A DNA stretch of 63,770 bases, filler included, from Nemertoderma westbladi (lineage: Eukaryota > Animalia > Xenacoelomorpha), in assembly GCA_032718475.1 (NCBI GenBank). It is 4 parts of 4 records of this genome, joined end to end, with 100 filler letters (N's around TTAATTAATTAA, not from the genome) between each part and the next. Parts side by side here need not be neighbours in the genome. Positions count along the whole stretch, not along the records: positions 15,790 to 36,968 come from JAUCBJ010004018.1; 3 more parts are not named here. One strand, written 5' to 3'. The notes beneath the pieces were generated by a model. That model made no database searches and had not been told where the DNA came from. It saw only the letters and a program-made list of their open reading frames with translations. This document shows positions 22,036 through 33,891 of this stretch, piece by piece; positions within the stretch are counted from its first letter, which is position 1, and every line of letters starts with the position of its first letter. Both the position numbers and the translations under genes were made by a program.

Positions 22036-24729
22036 ATGACTATTCCATATCGGGATATCGTTTCTGAAACTGCGCGACACGGATTTTTCCGTTTATTATT
22101 CCGTTGGAAAGGCTCCATCTACAAGTTGGTTTGGAAGGAACTTATCATCTTCGTGTTGTCTTTCTATGCCCTGCAGATTATATATCGCTTTGTCTTCCAC
22201 AACTATCCGCCATTGAAATTATTCTTCGAGGACATATGTATTTATTGCAAAAATTATATTGAGATTATCCCATTGTCCTTTATACTTGGTTTCTATGTGA
22301 CTTTGATTGTAACGCGCTGGTGGCAGCAATTTGTGTATATTCCATGGAGCGATGAGCTAGGTGTGTTCCTAAGCGTTGGACTGGAGGGTAATGATGCGTC
22401 TGGCAAGATGCTACGACGGACAATCTTGCGATACACCCTGCTGGCCTTCGTCATTGTGTTTAGAAGAACATCGGTACAAGTTAAGAAAAGATTTCCTACC
22501 TATAGTCATGTGGTTGAAAGCGGGCTAGCGACTGTCCAAGAAATTGCAATGATAGAAAATGTAGCATCTGATTTCTGTAAGTATTGGATTCCCTTCCAAT
22601 GGGCTCACAATCTTCTCATGCAAGCGAGACGTGAAGAGAGAATTCCATGCGATTTATTGTACTACGAGCTCAATCGTGCGTTACTTCGATACCGATCTTC
22701 ACTTGGATGGATATTGGCCTATGATTGGGTCTGTCTACCCATTGTCTACACGCAGGTTGTAACCTGGGTTGTTTACATGTATACATTAGCTAGTTTATTT
22801 GGTTCCCAATACATTACTGAGTCGCAGGACAATGATTCCACTGATACTCGAGGAAATTTTGTTGAGTTATATTTCCCATTTTTTGCGTTTCTTCAGTTTA
22901 TTTTCTATTTCGGATGGCTGAAAGTTGCCGAATCGCTTATAAATCCATTAGGAGATGACGATGATGATTTTGAAGTTAATATAATTTTAGACAGGAACTT
23001 TGAATACGGGATTCTAACTGTTGATAGTTATTATGGCGTAACGCCCGTATTAAAAAAGGACATATTTTGGGGAAAACGAACAGAACTTAAAATACCTTAT
23101 ACCAAAGCTGCCACCCAAAAATCAATTTTCATGGGAAGCCAATTTCTCGAACAAATTACGAACGAAAGCGCCTATATTCAGGACGTTTTACATCCAAACC
23201 TAAATGAAACTAACAAACAACAGGTAGGGTATCCGGAGCCATGGTCAATTGAAACACCTTCTCCAATGTCGTTGCGACAACTACTAAAACGTAGAGTGAA
23301 GCGCTTCACAAAAAGTACATCCAAGTCCTCGCTAGGGTCGACTCTTTTTCGACCAGTTCGTCTGCTATCGGGTCTCGACTTGGAGTCGTCTGGGAGCGAA
23401 TCCACTTTAATGCCCCACACTCCAACGCCCCCGATTAAACTATTGTCTAAGAAAACGCCAAGTTGTCGCAAAACGATACTTGAATCCGAAAGTGAAATCG
23501 ATTCCGTGGATGAGATAAGGGTTAATATAGACTCTGATTCGAGCATAACAGCCGGGGCCAGACTGGACGTTCGAATCGCATCTCCTGCGAACTCACCAAC
23601 ATTAAATAGGCAATTTAGTGAAGACACATTTTCCGGATCATCAAGCATATCAACTAAAGTGGATGAATTGGTTCCGGCTCTTGCAGAAACAAAGGATCGC
23701 TTGCGTAATTTATCTCTACCAATAGAGTCTGATGTACCACAAATGGTAACTGATGTTGATAACAATGGTAGCGATCTCCGTATATACCCGAATTGTAGTT
23801 CAACTCCACTGCCTTTAGTCCAACGTCAATTATTTCCTATAGCCAATTCGAAAATGAATGGAGATATTCATGTTAAATATGGTAAGCTCAAGCTTTCCGC
23901 CGATTGTGTATCAATAGTGGAGGCCAGTGATGCACAGGCAGAACAGATGAAGCGACCGTTTGAGGTCTTGGTTGCTGACGTACAGACGACAGATGTTCTC
24001 GGCAGAGGCGTTCGTATAGAGTTGGGAGAAACTAAAGGAACTAGGAGACAGGACAGACGTCCGGACAGCAACCCTATATACGTCGACGAACCAGAGCAAG
24101 CAAAACTATTGGTCGTTAGTTCTTTAGACTTTACTAATGATATCTTGGAAGAAGCTGCTGAAAGCTTCGATTTAAACAAATCTGAACCTCGAGCCACAAT
24201 ATTTGTTCCTTTTCATATTGTTGATGCCGACAATGTTACCGAAATCCAGGAACCAAGTGCCGTTGCATTAGACGTTGGAGAAGACCATCATTCGAGGCAG
24301 TCGCCAGGACAATTAAAATACACAATTGGGAATATCATTGACGATAATAAAGGCAAGGTTGATAAAAGCTCTCCTCCTGACCAGGAAAAGGTTGATCTTG
24401 TTAGAGTTTTGGAACCAACTCACCCTCAACCAATGGATAATCACGGAACTGTACGAGGTGAAAACGCCGCGAATCAAAGTACAAAGAGTAAACTTGATAT
24501 TGGAGGTAAAGTTGGGACCAGTCAAACTTTGGAGAAAGATAATGTACATTCAAGTAAACCTCGGAAGACGAAGTTGAAACGAAAAACAAACTCCTCACCG
24601 CTGGTTGGGGAAAGAGATAGACAAAGACGTGGGTGCACTGTTGTATTTGATGACATTCATATCGGGGAGAGAACCTATTTCATTGGAGATCCGGAACAAT
24701 ACGAAATTTTACCCCAAATACCAGAATAA
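22036..24729 (+). CDS. BEST: Bestrophin Ca2+-activated chloride channel with a long low-complexity C-terminal tail; single coding exon
   Basis: RWKGSIYKL, neck region IPLSFILGFYV, KRFPT, YDWVCLPIVYTQVV, GWLKVAESLINPLGDDDDDFE. Possible upstream intron 21906-22034 (CAG|GTAAAT...CATAG|T). Confidence 0.97.
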   Translation: MTIPYRDIVSETARHGFFRLLFRWKGSIYKLVWKELIIFVLSFYALQIIYRFVFHNYPPLKLFFEDICIYCKNYIEIIPLSFILGFYVTLIVTRWWQQFVYIPWSDELGVFLSVGLEGNDASGKMLRRTILRYTLLAFVIVFRRTSVQVKKRFPTYSHVVESGLATVQEIAMIENVASDFCKYWIPFQWAHNLLMQARREERIPCDLLYYELNRALLRYRSSLGWILAYDWVCLPIVYTQVVTWVVYMYTLASLFGSQYITESQDNDSTDTRGNFVELYFPFFAFLQFIFYFGWLKVAESLINPLGDDDDDFEVNIILDRNFEYGILTVDSYYGVTPVLKKDIFWGKRTELKIPYTKAATQKSIFMGSQFLEQITNESAYIQDVLHPNLNETNKQQVGYPEPWSIETPSPMSLRQLLKRRVKRFTKSTSKSSLGSTLFRPVRLLSGLDLESSGSESTLMPHTPTPPIKLLSKKTPSCRKTILESESEIDSVDEIRVNIDSDSSITAGARLDVRIASPANSPTLNRQFSEDTFSGSSSISTKVDELVPALAETKDRLRNLSLPIESDVPQMVTDVDNNGSDLRIYPNCSSTPLPLVQRQLFPIANSKMNGDIHVKYGKLKLSADCVSIVEASDAQAEQMKRPFEVLVADVQTTDVLGRGVRIELGETKGTRRQDRRPDSNPIYVDEPEQAKLLVVSSLDFTNDILEEAAESFDLNKSEPRATIFVPFHIVDADNVTEIQEPSAVALDVGEDHHSRQSPGQLKYTIGNIIDDNKGKVDKSSPPDQEKVDLVRVLEPTHPQPMDNHGTVRGENAANQSTKSKLDIGGKVGTSQTLEKDNVHSSKPRKTKLKRKTNSSPLVGERDRQRRGCTVVFDDIHIGERTYFIGDPEQYEILPQIPE

Positions 24730-27644
24730 ATATTAGATCTTTTATATAAAGTAAAGGTTTTACTTCGTTGTAATGCTGCTAAAAACTATTTAATTTATGG
24801 CGTATTACAGTTGTACTATTTGTTTCATAGTTGTTTCCAATCTTCGCCGGATTAGTCCATCAAATCCGGGTGTCGACACTGTCATGTCTCACACCTTCCC
24901 CTGTCTCCGATCACAACCAGCACCTGTACATTATTCGCACACTTCCCCTCCAATACATTATTTATAATACCAGCTATTTTTTATAACTTTTTACAAATGT
25001 TCTAGAACATGTAAGCTGTTATTATATTTTATTTATTTGTATGGAATTAATTTCACACTACCAAATCGCCAGGGCGACATATTTTCCAGCTTTATATCGC
25101 AGTGCGACATCATTTCTCAGTTATGTCCCTACGCCATACATTTTACTATGTATGTCCAGTAGGCCCCCTATATCCAGTATGTCATCGCATCATTAATAGG
25201 TTGTACCTGAAACTGTTTAAGTGCATAATTGCAAATAATTCCCCACAAATAAATAAAATTAGATTCGCCATTGGTCATAATTAATTAGCACTTTAAAGCT
25301 TTTACGGTCCTCGTTTTGTTGTTTCCCTCGCTACTCGTGCCGTAACGGTATAAAGTACTTTATATTTTAGGAACAATGACGTATTTAGTTAATATAAAAT
25401 TAAAAACTTGTTTGTTATGTTGGATAAATGTTCGGAACCAATCTTCATTCATCCCGCACTAAATTGTATAGGCCTACTAAGGCGAATTGACTTTGTGGCT
25501 CTCCCCACACCTCATAAATTGAAGGCACGGCCGTTGGAGCAACGGCAATGAGGCGAATTGCCATTACGGACGTATTTTTCTACTTACAATGTTTCAATAT
25601 AATAATCATTCGGCCTTTTCTATTTAAACGATAAATTATTGATTGCATGGTAAATAATGTAGAACATTATTTTCACTATACTCGAGATATTTTATTTACC
25701 GAGCGTATCGAGGTTAATAAAGAATCGAACTAAAATATGTAGGGCGAGCCACGATAGTAAGCGAGCTTAGCAAACAGATACCATTTACTTAATCGCTGTG
25801 TCTGTAGATCTGTCGTTCTGTAGATGGGTCTTTTTAAAAGTTAATACCTCCGCTAATCTGGTACCGATGTTGCTTATGGCAAAAGTTAATAAATTTTCCA
25901 AGTAGAATTTGCGTGGGACTCCCAAACAACCTGGTTTTGTCGTATTGGACGATATGTCATTTTGATCAGTACCGGTGGTGGAATGTTTTATGCTAGTTAT
26001 TTGGTGACCAGATGTACAGGACGTGTCAACGATGGTTGTAATGAAGACGAGTCTGTGTCGACTCCTAATATCGAGTATTGTTTTGACAGTACTCGTAAAC
26101 CACATAGATTAGCATATTGGACGAATGAATGGAATGTTGTAAGGAATCTATTTGGTGACCAGGTTCTACAGGACGAACGCAACGAGTTTTGGAGTGGATA
26201 CGAGTATACATATGCCATACATCAGCAGTTACACGCACAGTTTCGAGACATTGCATAGGTATAAAGGCCGTCAGTCTCCGTTTATGAAAAATATTTTGAG
26301 ACAAAACAGGACGAGCGCAATATGGCTATAATAAAGTAGACGAGTATTGTAAAACTAAAAATGTCATCACTCAACTTAATTAGCCCTAGTTAGTAGAATT
26401 ACAAATGACAGTTAAAGCGTGTAAGGGCAAACTGAAATAGACCTCCGTTTTTTACAACCAGTTTAACGCAAACTGAAAGCATCACTCATTGATATTTTGG
26501 ATTGACGGTTTTTGTATATCTAATAGAGATTAGTACACTTAAAAATATAGGATCTCGTGCTTCGCGAAAGCCCCATAACGTATGTTAATAATACCCACCA
26601 CTTCATAGCCTGTTATGAAATACTCTATGTTATGAAATAATCTCAGGATTTGAAGGGTTTTGAGGCCTTTAAAATTCCTGAGTGTTTATAGCTCATTCGC
26701 CCCATTATTGTGGATAAGTACTACTCAAGCACTAATACATAATTAATACTACTCGTCAATACGATAATGTTAAGATTCAAATATCCCACCACCAAAGTTC
26801 AGCAGTTCCAGCCGCTCACCCAGACGTTACCAAGCAACGTCAGTTGGCTAACTGTTTACTGTTTAGGCTGTTTTTACACATCACATGATTATTCGCACAC
26901 ATTATTGGCGAGGCCAAATAAACAAATATCACGACTCAGTTATCAGTATCAGTTCACTGTGTCATTCCATCTTTCCATCAACCAGTTGAGTTTAAGGGTA
27001 GGCCGTCGGCGTGGCGCGTGGGGTTGGGGGTGGTGGGTGGAATGGTTACAAAAAAGTATATCTAAAAAATGCGTTTTTTTTATCTTAGTGTAATTTTTCT
27101 AATATGGAGCTGGCTACTGTGACAAGTATTTTAATAAAAACTAACTAACATTAACGAATTCCAATTGTTACACAAGTCCTGGAATATAGTGTCGTAATTC
27201 ATAATTGAATTTGGTTGGAAAATAGCTGATATATTGGCATTCGAATGTTGCATTTGCTTCCGCTACATTCCATTTCTTCTATGTAATAAATACACCATGT
27301 TCTAGAGCATTGATAGGCATTGCGCCCAGTTACTGAAGAGTTGAACAAAATGTCCAAATGTCCAATTTCCAAACTTGAAACCGTATGTTAATAGCTAATG
27401 TAGTTCAAAGTTAGAAGTGATAATGTTAACCATAGTCTGTGTAAAAATTCGCACAAAAAATGTTACTTTCTTTTTTTAAAAAAAAGGCCATTTTGTAAAA
27501 GACATAGTTATTTATTACATATTTGGAATCCTTGCACATCCAACTCAATGGTACAAACATCTCAATTTGGTTGAAACTTTTTCAAACGCTGCTGGTAGCT
27601 AAAGATTGAAAGCGAAAATAATAACTATTTATTATATTGTAGGA

Positions 27645-27870
27645 CTTTATCTCACGCCGGTCTCGAGTGTCAATATTTACACGAACGAGCGGAGCGAGTG
27701 AGTGAAATATTGAAACGAGGGACCGAAGTGAGATAAAGGTATATTATACACAATATATAATATGTTGTTTTATTATATTGTGTATAATGTATGACTTTAT
27801 CTAACGCCGGTGCCGAGTTTGAATATTTACACGAACGAGCGTAGTAAGTGAGTAAAATATTGAAACGAGA
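27645..27870 (+). repeat. Two tandem copies of a roughly 94-nt palindromic element with three GA/GA mismatches and a GNA triloop
   Basis: Copy 1 (27645-27738): ctttatctcac..cggtctc-GA-gtgtcaatattt.cac-GA-ac-GA-gc-GGA-gc-GA-gt-GA-gtg-aaatattgaaac-GA-gggaccg..gtgagataaag. Copy 2 starts at 27795, has a GTA loop and is truncated. Confidence 0.8.
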
Positions 27871-29327
27871 TTAAGTAATCCGGAAATTTAACAATAAAAA
27901 TTCTGACTCATCCAGTAAGGATGGGGGGGGGGGGGGGTGGTTTCATTCAATATCATAACGATTTGTGGTAAAATTGGTGGGTGGGGGTTGTCCGTCCAGC
28001 TGCCTGAATTACGACAAAATATTCCAGGACATGCGATATGTATGTGTCTACTTCCCCTTTTGAGCCCATTACCACCCCCCCCCCCCCCCCCCCCCCCCTC
28101 CGTACCCCACCCCCACCCCCACGCCCCTGCCCCTCCCGCTACCTAACTGAAGATTTTATGAACAGGTTATAGGGTAAGCCTATAATGCTCTATTGAATAT
28201 CTAAAACAGTTCGTAATTTTGATTTTTTATTATTTCGCCAACATTCACTTTATTATAATTTATAGTTATTGAGTGGCCAATAATGGCGATATTTTATTAA
28301 ATAAACTTATACCACACCATTACCGTCATATAATAACTAATCATAAATTCAACGGTACAAACACAATAATTCCATAGTTGGAATAAAGTTAGCCACTGTA
28401 AACAATACTTCCTAGCAAGACCAACCAACCAGTGATAGCAAAGTTTTGCCCTATAGATAGATAGATGCCAGAGTAAAATTGATTGAGGATCCTAGGCAAG
28501 GAGACATCCTGTAAAGTATTTCAGCCAATGGGAGGTTGGCTATCCCCAGTTGTTAGCTGACTTGGGAGCATTTTACTGAGAACACTCCACTCTGGGCATA
28601 TTGCACCAAGTGCAGGTAAGATTTACTACACACCCAAGCTATCATTACATTACTAATCTAAAGCACATAGCCTTATACCGTCACATATTTATGATGTAGC
28701 TTAGTAATAAAGTTTAGAAATGTTTGATGTTTTAAATTTGTTAAATATCTATTCACAATAATTTGTAATGCCTATTAATATAATTGTGTCTCTGTCCTAC
28801 TGCTTTTATGGTATATTTTAAATTGACATTGTTCCATTCATTGCCTTTTAAAATTTGTTCTGACTGTTTCCGGTACTTAAACCCGTAAAATTTCGTAGTT
28901 TTGGTTTGTTAATATTTAAACCATTGAATATTGATGTTATGTTACACAATTTTAGGCAGTTAGATTTATAGTACGTTTAGAAGAAGCCCTAATAACAGTA
29001 TCACTCCTCCACAACCAAACTATATTGGTTTGAGTACCTGATTCAGTTTAAGTTGGACCTTATGCGTATATCTTATTTTCCTTACAATTTTTATTAAAGC
29101 AGTCAAAGGTGAATTTTGGAGTATTCGAATTCTAAGTTATTCCCAGAGCTGACGACGACGACATCTGGATTTGCGTGGTTGCAGTGAGATTAGGTGAGTG
29201 TATTCGTATTGCAAGACTACTAATAATATTCTACCATATAATGCAAACAGCTGATTTGTTGTTATTATTTGAATTTCATGCTCTGAGTAGTGAGTACCTG
29301 TACCGTACGCGTACGCGTACGTCGATC

Positions 29328-29362
29328 CAAGGCGACCTTTACAAGTTGTAAAGGTCGCCTTG
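29328..29362. repeat. Perfect 35-bp inverted repeat
   Basis: CAAGGCGACCTTTACAA-G-TTGTAAAGGTCGCCTTG. Confidence 0.95.
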
Positions 29363-30498
29363 CTGTAATCCTACTCCTAAAAGTGGGATTGAGTTGGTTG
29401 TGGTACGGCAGTTGTATAGTGTGTGCACCTGCACATTCACAATATTAATTTTGACTTGTAGAAAATTAATTTTGTATAGGCCTACACATACTGAAATAAA
29501 ATTTAGCGGCCACAGCCATACTGTGTAACAGTGTTGGGTAATTGGGCATGGAAGAAAACCAAAATGTACCAGGTGTTAGGTGGAAAGAAGCAGATTTACA
29601 GTGTAGGGACTGTTTCTAACAAAGACAATAGGCCTAGGCCTAATCTAATTATAATTTTTCTTCTTATTTTTGTCCACTGTTTACTTTTTTGATTTTCATT
29701 AATTCTAGTTCATATTTCATGTATATTGACTATGAAGTTGTCACGCTGCATGTATTCTTCTATTCTCTAAAGTAGTTTGAACATTAATTTATTAAAATTG
29801 TTACGATATATTTCTACTGTATTTCTACTATATTTCTACTTTTCTACTATATTTCTACGTGTAATAACTACTATTTTACATACCGGTATTTGTATTTGTT
29901 TGTCAAGTAGCCCTGCCGCTGCCGTTGCCCTTTACAATGAACTGATTTTGAACAATTTTCGCCAATCGCTTCGCTCGGGTATAAACAATGAACAATCCTG
30001 TTTTGCCGTTGGGGCAGTCAGTATAACTCACACAATAGTAACTGCATCGATTACACCGGCGCTGTACATTACTGCGCCGGCTCCCTCGCCGGTACCTGCG
30101 CCGGCTGCCGGCTGCGTACACGTACACGGAACGCATGGGCGGCGAATGCTTGAGTGAACCCAACTTCTCAAAACGGTTTGTTCCTGGACAAAACGAAGTA
30201 AGTGATTGCAAAACAAATGTACACGGGATATAATAAGTAAGTCTTTAGAGAATAGTTTCAAGAAATTCAAGATATTTATCTTTATAGTACGCACGCCAAT
30301 CACACACTGCCTTCTGGAACATAAGTAATAAGCAAACCAAGAATTGTTACCACCAGTACAACCGTCAAACAATAATTGATTCCTAAAAATAGCCTTTATT
30401 ATATGGAATTATTGTGTACCACCAGTTTAACCGTCAAACAAATTAATTGATTCCTAAAAATAGCCTTTATTGTACGGAATTATTGCGGATTTTACCAG

Positions 30499-30720
30499 TT
30501 TAAACCTCATCGCTCTAGAATTATAAACTATCGCATTTAAACCTCATAGCTCTAGAATTATAAACTATCGCATTTAAACCTCATAGCTCTAGAATTATAA
30601 ACTATCGCATTTAAACCTCATAGCTCTAGAATTATAAACTATCGCATTTAAACCTCATAGCTCTAGAATTATAAACTATCGCATTTAAACCTCATAGCTC
30701 TAGAATTATAAACTATCGCA
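30499..30720. repeat. 37-bp minisatellite, 6 copies, preceded by a roughly 65-bp duplication (30340-30490)
   Basis: Unit TTTAAACCTCATAGCTCTAGAATTATAAACTATCGCA. Confidence 0.95.
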
Positions 30721-31321
30721 TCTAAAAAAGTGTGTAAAATTTAATAGTCCTATTTCTTACAAACTAATAAACCTACATTATCTAAACCGATACCATAAAT
30801 GTCATAGTCTAAGGTAATTAATTAGCCAACTCAAGATCACTAATTAACAAAATAACTATTTCTTTTACAAAAAGAAAGTACTATTTTTTTGTCCGACTTT
30901 TTTATCCGGATTGAAAAGAGAGGACAAAAAAAATATTACAAATAAAAAAATAGACCAAAAAATGAATTTTGTCCGCATTTTTGCAGTTAAAAAACTGAAT
31001 TTTTAAAAGAAGACTAACTATTTTGAAAACCGCCTTTCTCAGATGGATATTTTATTGATATTTTTATCGATATTTGTCATAATATATTTTATAAAAATTT
31101 ATTCTGCGAATAATATTTTTAATCATGGAATTTGTACCTAAATTTGCATAATACAAACCCGACAAAAGGCACACACAGTAAAGTACGAAAAAGTAGCGAA
31201 TTAATTATTTTCCAGAATAATTTAATTGATTTTAGGTGCAATTTATTTATTCTGTTTTAGTTTTAACTTGTTTTTATTTTAATTAAAATAATTTAATTAA
31301 AATAACAGTCGCAACCCTGGC

Positions 31322-33400
31322 ATCTCAAAAAGCGAGGATGGGTCCAGTTCTCCAGTCCCACAGGCCATCCTCGAATTCCTACGGCACGACTCTATTTCGC
31401 CCACCTCAAAGGATCCTGTCTGGTTGCCATCCCAGTTAGCTCACTTGGCCTTAAACCTACAGACATCCAGTTCCGGATATCTGTCGCCGCCTGCCCCGGT
31501 TGTAAAGCCACCGAATCCCACAGTTGCGCACGCTGCGTCTCAGCAAATGGACGTCATGGCCGGTCTTGCATGAGGAGCGCCGGCCGCCATCCACGCCACT
31601 CGATGGTTAACGACATCGTGCGCCGGTCGTTCGTCAGTTGTGGGATCCCCTCTGCACTCGAACCAGCAGGGACGTGTCGGGGAGATGGAAAACGCGTCGA
31701 TGGAGTCACTGTCGTCCCGTGGAGCCGCGGACGCACTCTCATTTGGGACACCACCATCGTGGACCCGCTCGCTCCCAGCCACCTCGTCCAGAGTATGGTG
31801 ACTGGAGGCCGAATCCCTAAAGATCCGGAAGTACTGATAGACCGGGGGCACTCCTTCTGTCCTGTTGCCTTCGAGGTCGATCCGGCCCTGAGACGGCGGC
31901 TTTCCTAAAGGAGATTGAAACTCGTCTCCACGCCGCCGCCACTCAGGAGCCTCGATCCCATACCGGTTCCTGTTGCAACGCTCCTCTTCGCCATACTAAT
32001 TGACAACACGGCCTCCATACTTGGGACAATGGACCCCGCCCTTTCTGACGGCCCCCATACTTGGGACAATGGACCCCGCCCTTTCTGACGGCCTCCATAC
32101 TTGGGACAATGGACCCCGCCCTTTCTGACGGCCTCCATACTTGGGACAATGGACCCCGCCCTTTCTGACGGCCCCCATACTTGGGACAATGGACCCCGCC
32201 CTTTCTGACGGCCTCCATACTTGGGACAATGGACCCCGCCCTTTCTGACGGCCTCCATACTTGGGACAATGGACCCCGCCCTTTCTGACGGCCCCCATAC
32301 TTGGGACAATGGACACCGCCCTTTCTGACGGCCTCCATACTTGGAACAATGGACCCCGCCCTTTCTGACGGCCCCCATACTTGGGACAATGGACCCCGCC
32401 CTTTCTGACGGCCTCCATACTTGGGACAATGGACCCCGCCCTTTCTGACGGCCTCCATACTTGGGACAATGGACCCCGCCCTTTCTGACGGCCTCCATAC
32501 TTGGGACAATGGACCCCGCCCTTTCTGACGGCCTCCATACTTGGGACAATGGACCCCGCCCTTTCTGACGGCCTCCATACTTGGGACAATGGACCCCGCC
32601 CTTTCTGACGGCCTCCATACTTGGGACAATGGACCCTGCCCTTTCTGACGGCCTCCATACTTGGGACAATGGACCCCGCCCTTTCTGACGACCTCCATAC
32701 TTGGAACAATGGACCCCGCCCTTTCTGACGGCCTCCATACTTGGGACAATGGACCCCGCCCTTTCTGACGGCCTCCATACTTGGGACAATGGACCCCGCC
32801 CTTTCTGACGGCCTCCATACTTGGGACAATGGACCCCGCCCTTTCTGACGGCCTCCATACTTGGGACAATGGACCCCGCCCTTTCTGACGGCCCCCATAC
32901 TTGGGACAATGGACCCCGCCCTTTCTGACGGCCTCCATACTTGGGACAATGGACCCCGCCCTTTCTGACGGCCTCCATACTTGGGACAATGGACCCCGCC
33001 CTTTCTGACGGCCTCCATACTTGGGACAATGGACCCTGCCCTTTCTGACGGCCTCCATACTTGGAACAATGGACCCCGCCCTTTCTGACGGCCTCCATAC
33101 TTGGGACAATGGACCCCGCCCTTTCTGACGGCCTCCATACTTGGGACAATGGACCCCGCCCTTTCTGACGGCCTCCATACTTGGGACAATGGACCCCGCC
33201 CTTTCTGACGGCCTCCATACTTGGGACAATGGACCCGCCCTTTCTGACTGCCTCCATACTTGGGACAATGGACCCCGCCCTTTCTGACGGCCTCCATACT
33301 TGGGACAATGGACCCCGCCCTTTCTGACGGCCTCCATACTTGGGACAATGGACCCCGCCCTTTCTTACGGCCTCTACGAGGTTCTATCACTATCCTTCTC
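31322..33400 (+). mobile_element. 3' part of a CRE-like non-LTR retrotransposon (zinc knuckle plus restriction-like endonuclease), frameshifted and interrupted by a satellite
   Basis: Translation across frames gives GSCLVAIPVSSLGL..FRISV..C..C..H..C..GRHPRHSMVNDIV..LEP..RGDGKRVDGVTVVPWSRGRTLIWDTTIVD..PVAFE..AFLKEI..LLQR..AILIDNTASILGT. Confidence 0.85.
32008..33374. repeat. 40-bp minisatellite, 34 copies, derived from the end of the CRE ORF
   Basis: Unit ACGGCCTCCATACTTGGGACAATGGACCCCGCCCTTTCTG. The span 32008 to 33367 equals 34x40-1. Confidence 0.97.
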
Positions 33401-33891
33401 CCCCCGCCATTTATTATTAACTTTCGCCATAATTAATTTATTATTTAATATTCAAGAATTAAGAACATAGTAAATACTTTAATATAAATTTGATATTAGT
33501 AAATATAATAAATAATATAATAATTTTAATTAAATTAAGTTTCATTTATTTTAGGGTTTTGTGGAATAAATTTCCATTTCTTGGAATTCGAATCTATATT
33601 TGTCTGCACCAAATTTCGGCAAAATCCACCAATAGTTGTTTGTTCGTGGCTAAGGCAAAAACATTAAATAGGAAGTGATTTATTTTATATACTCTTTTGT
33701 GGTATGTAATGTAATGTAGAATGAAAATACTAATTAGTTTTGTGTTACCCCGGTTACCCGCTACTCTTATTGCCTAGATGGTTTTGTCTTCTAACCATAA
33801 AACCAAACCTAACCCATAACGTACCCAATTCTTGGACAGCCTCTACCAGTAACTGTTTCCGAAAGCGATTCAATAATAAGTTTAGTCCTCG

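Noticed and set aside
28440-30205. Exon-like segments ending in GTAAGA, GTGAGT and GTAAGT (about 28616, 29194, 30197)
   Set aside because: Donor-like sites exist, but the translations contain stops or match nothing I recognise.
31905-33390. Three roughly 465-aa minus-strand ORFs
   Set aside because: By-products of the 40-bp repeat. The meaningful frame is the plus-strand retrotransposon.
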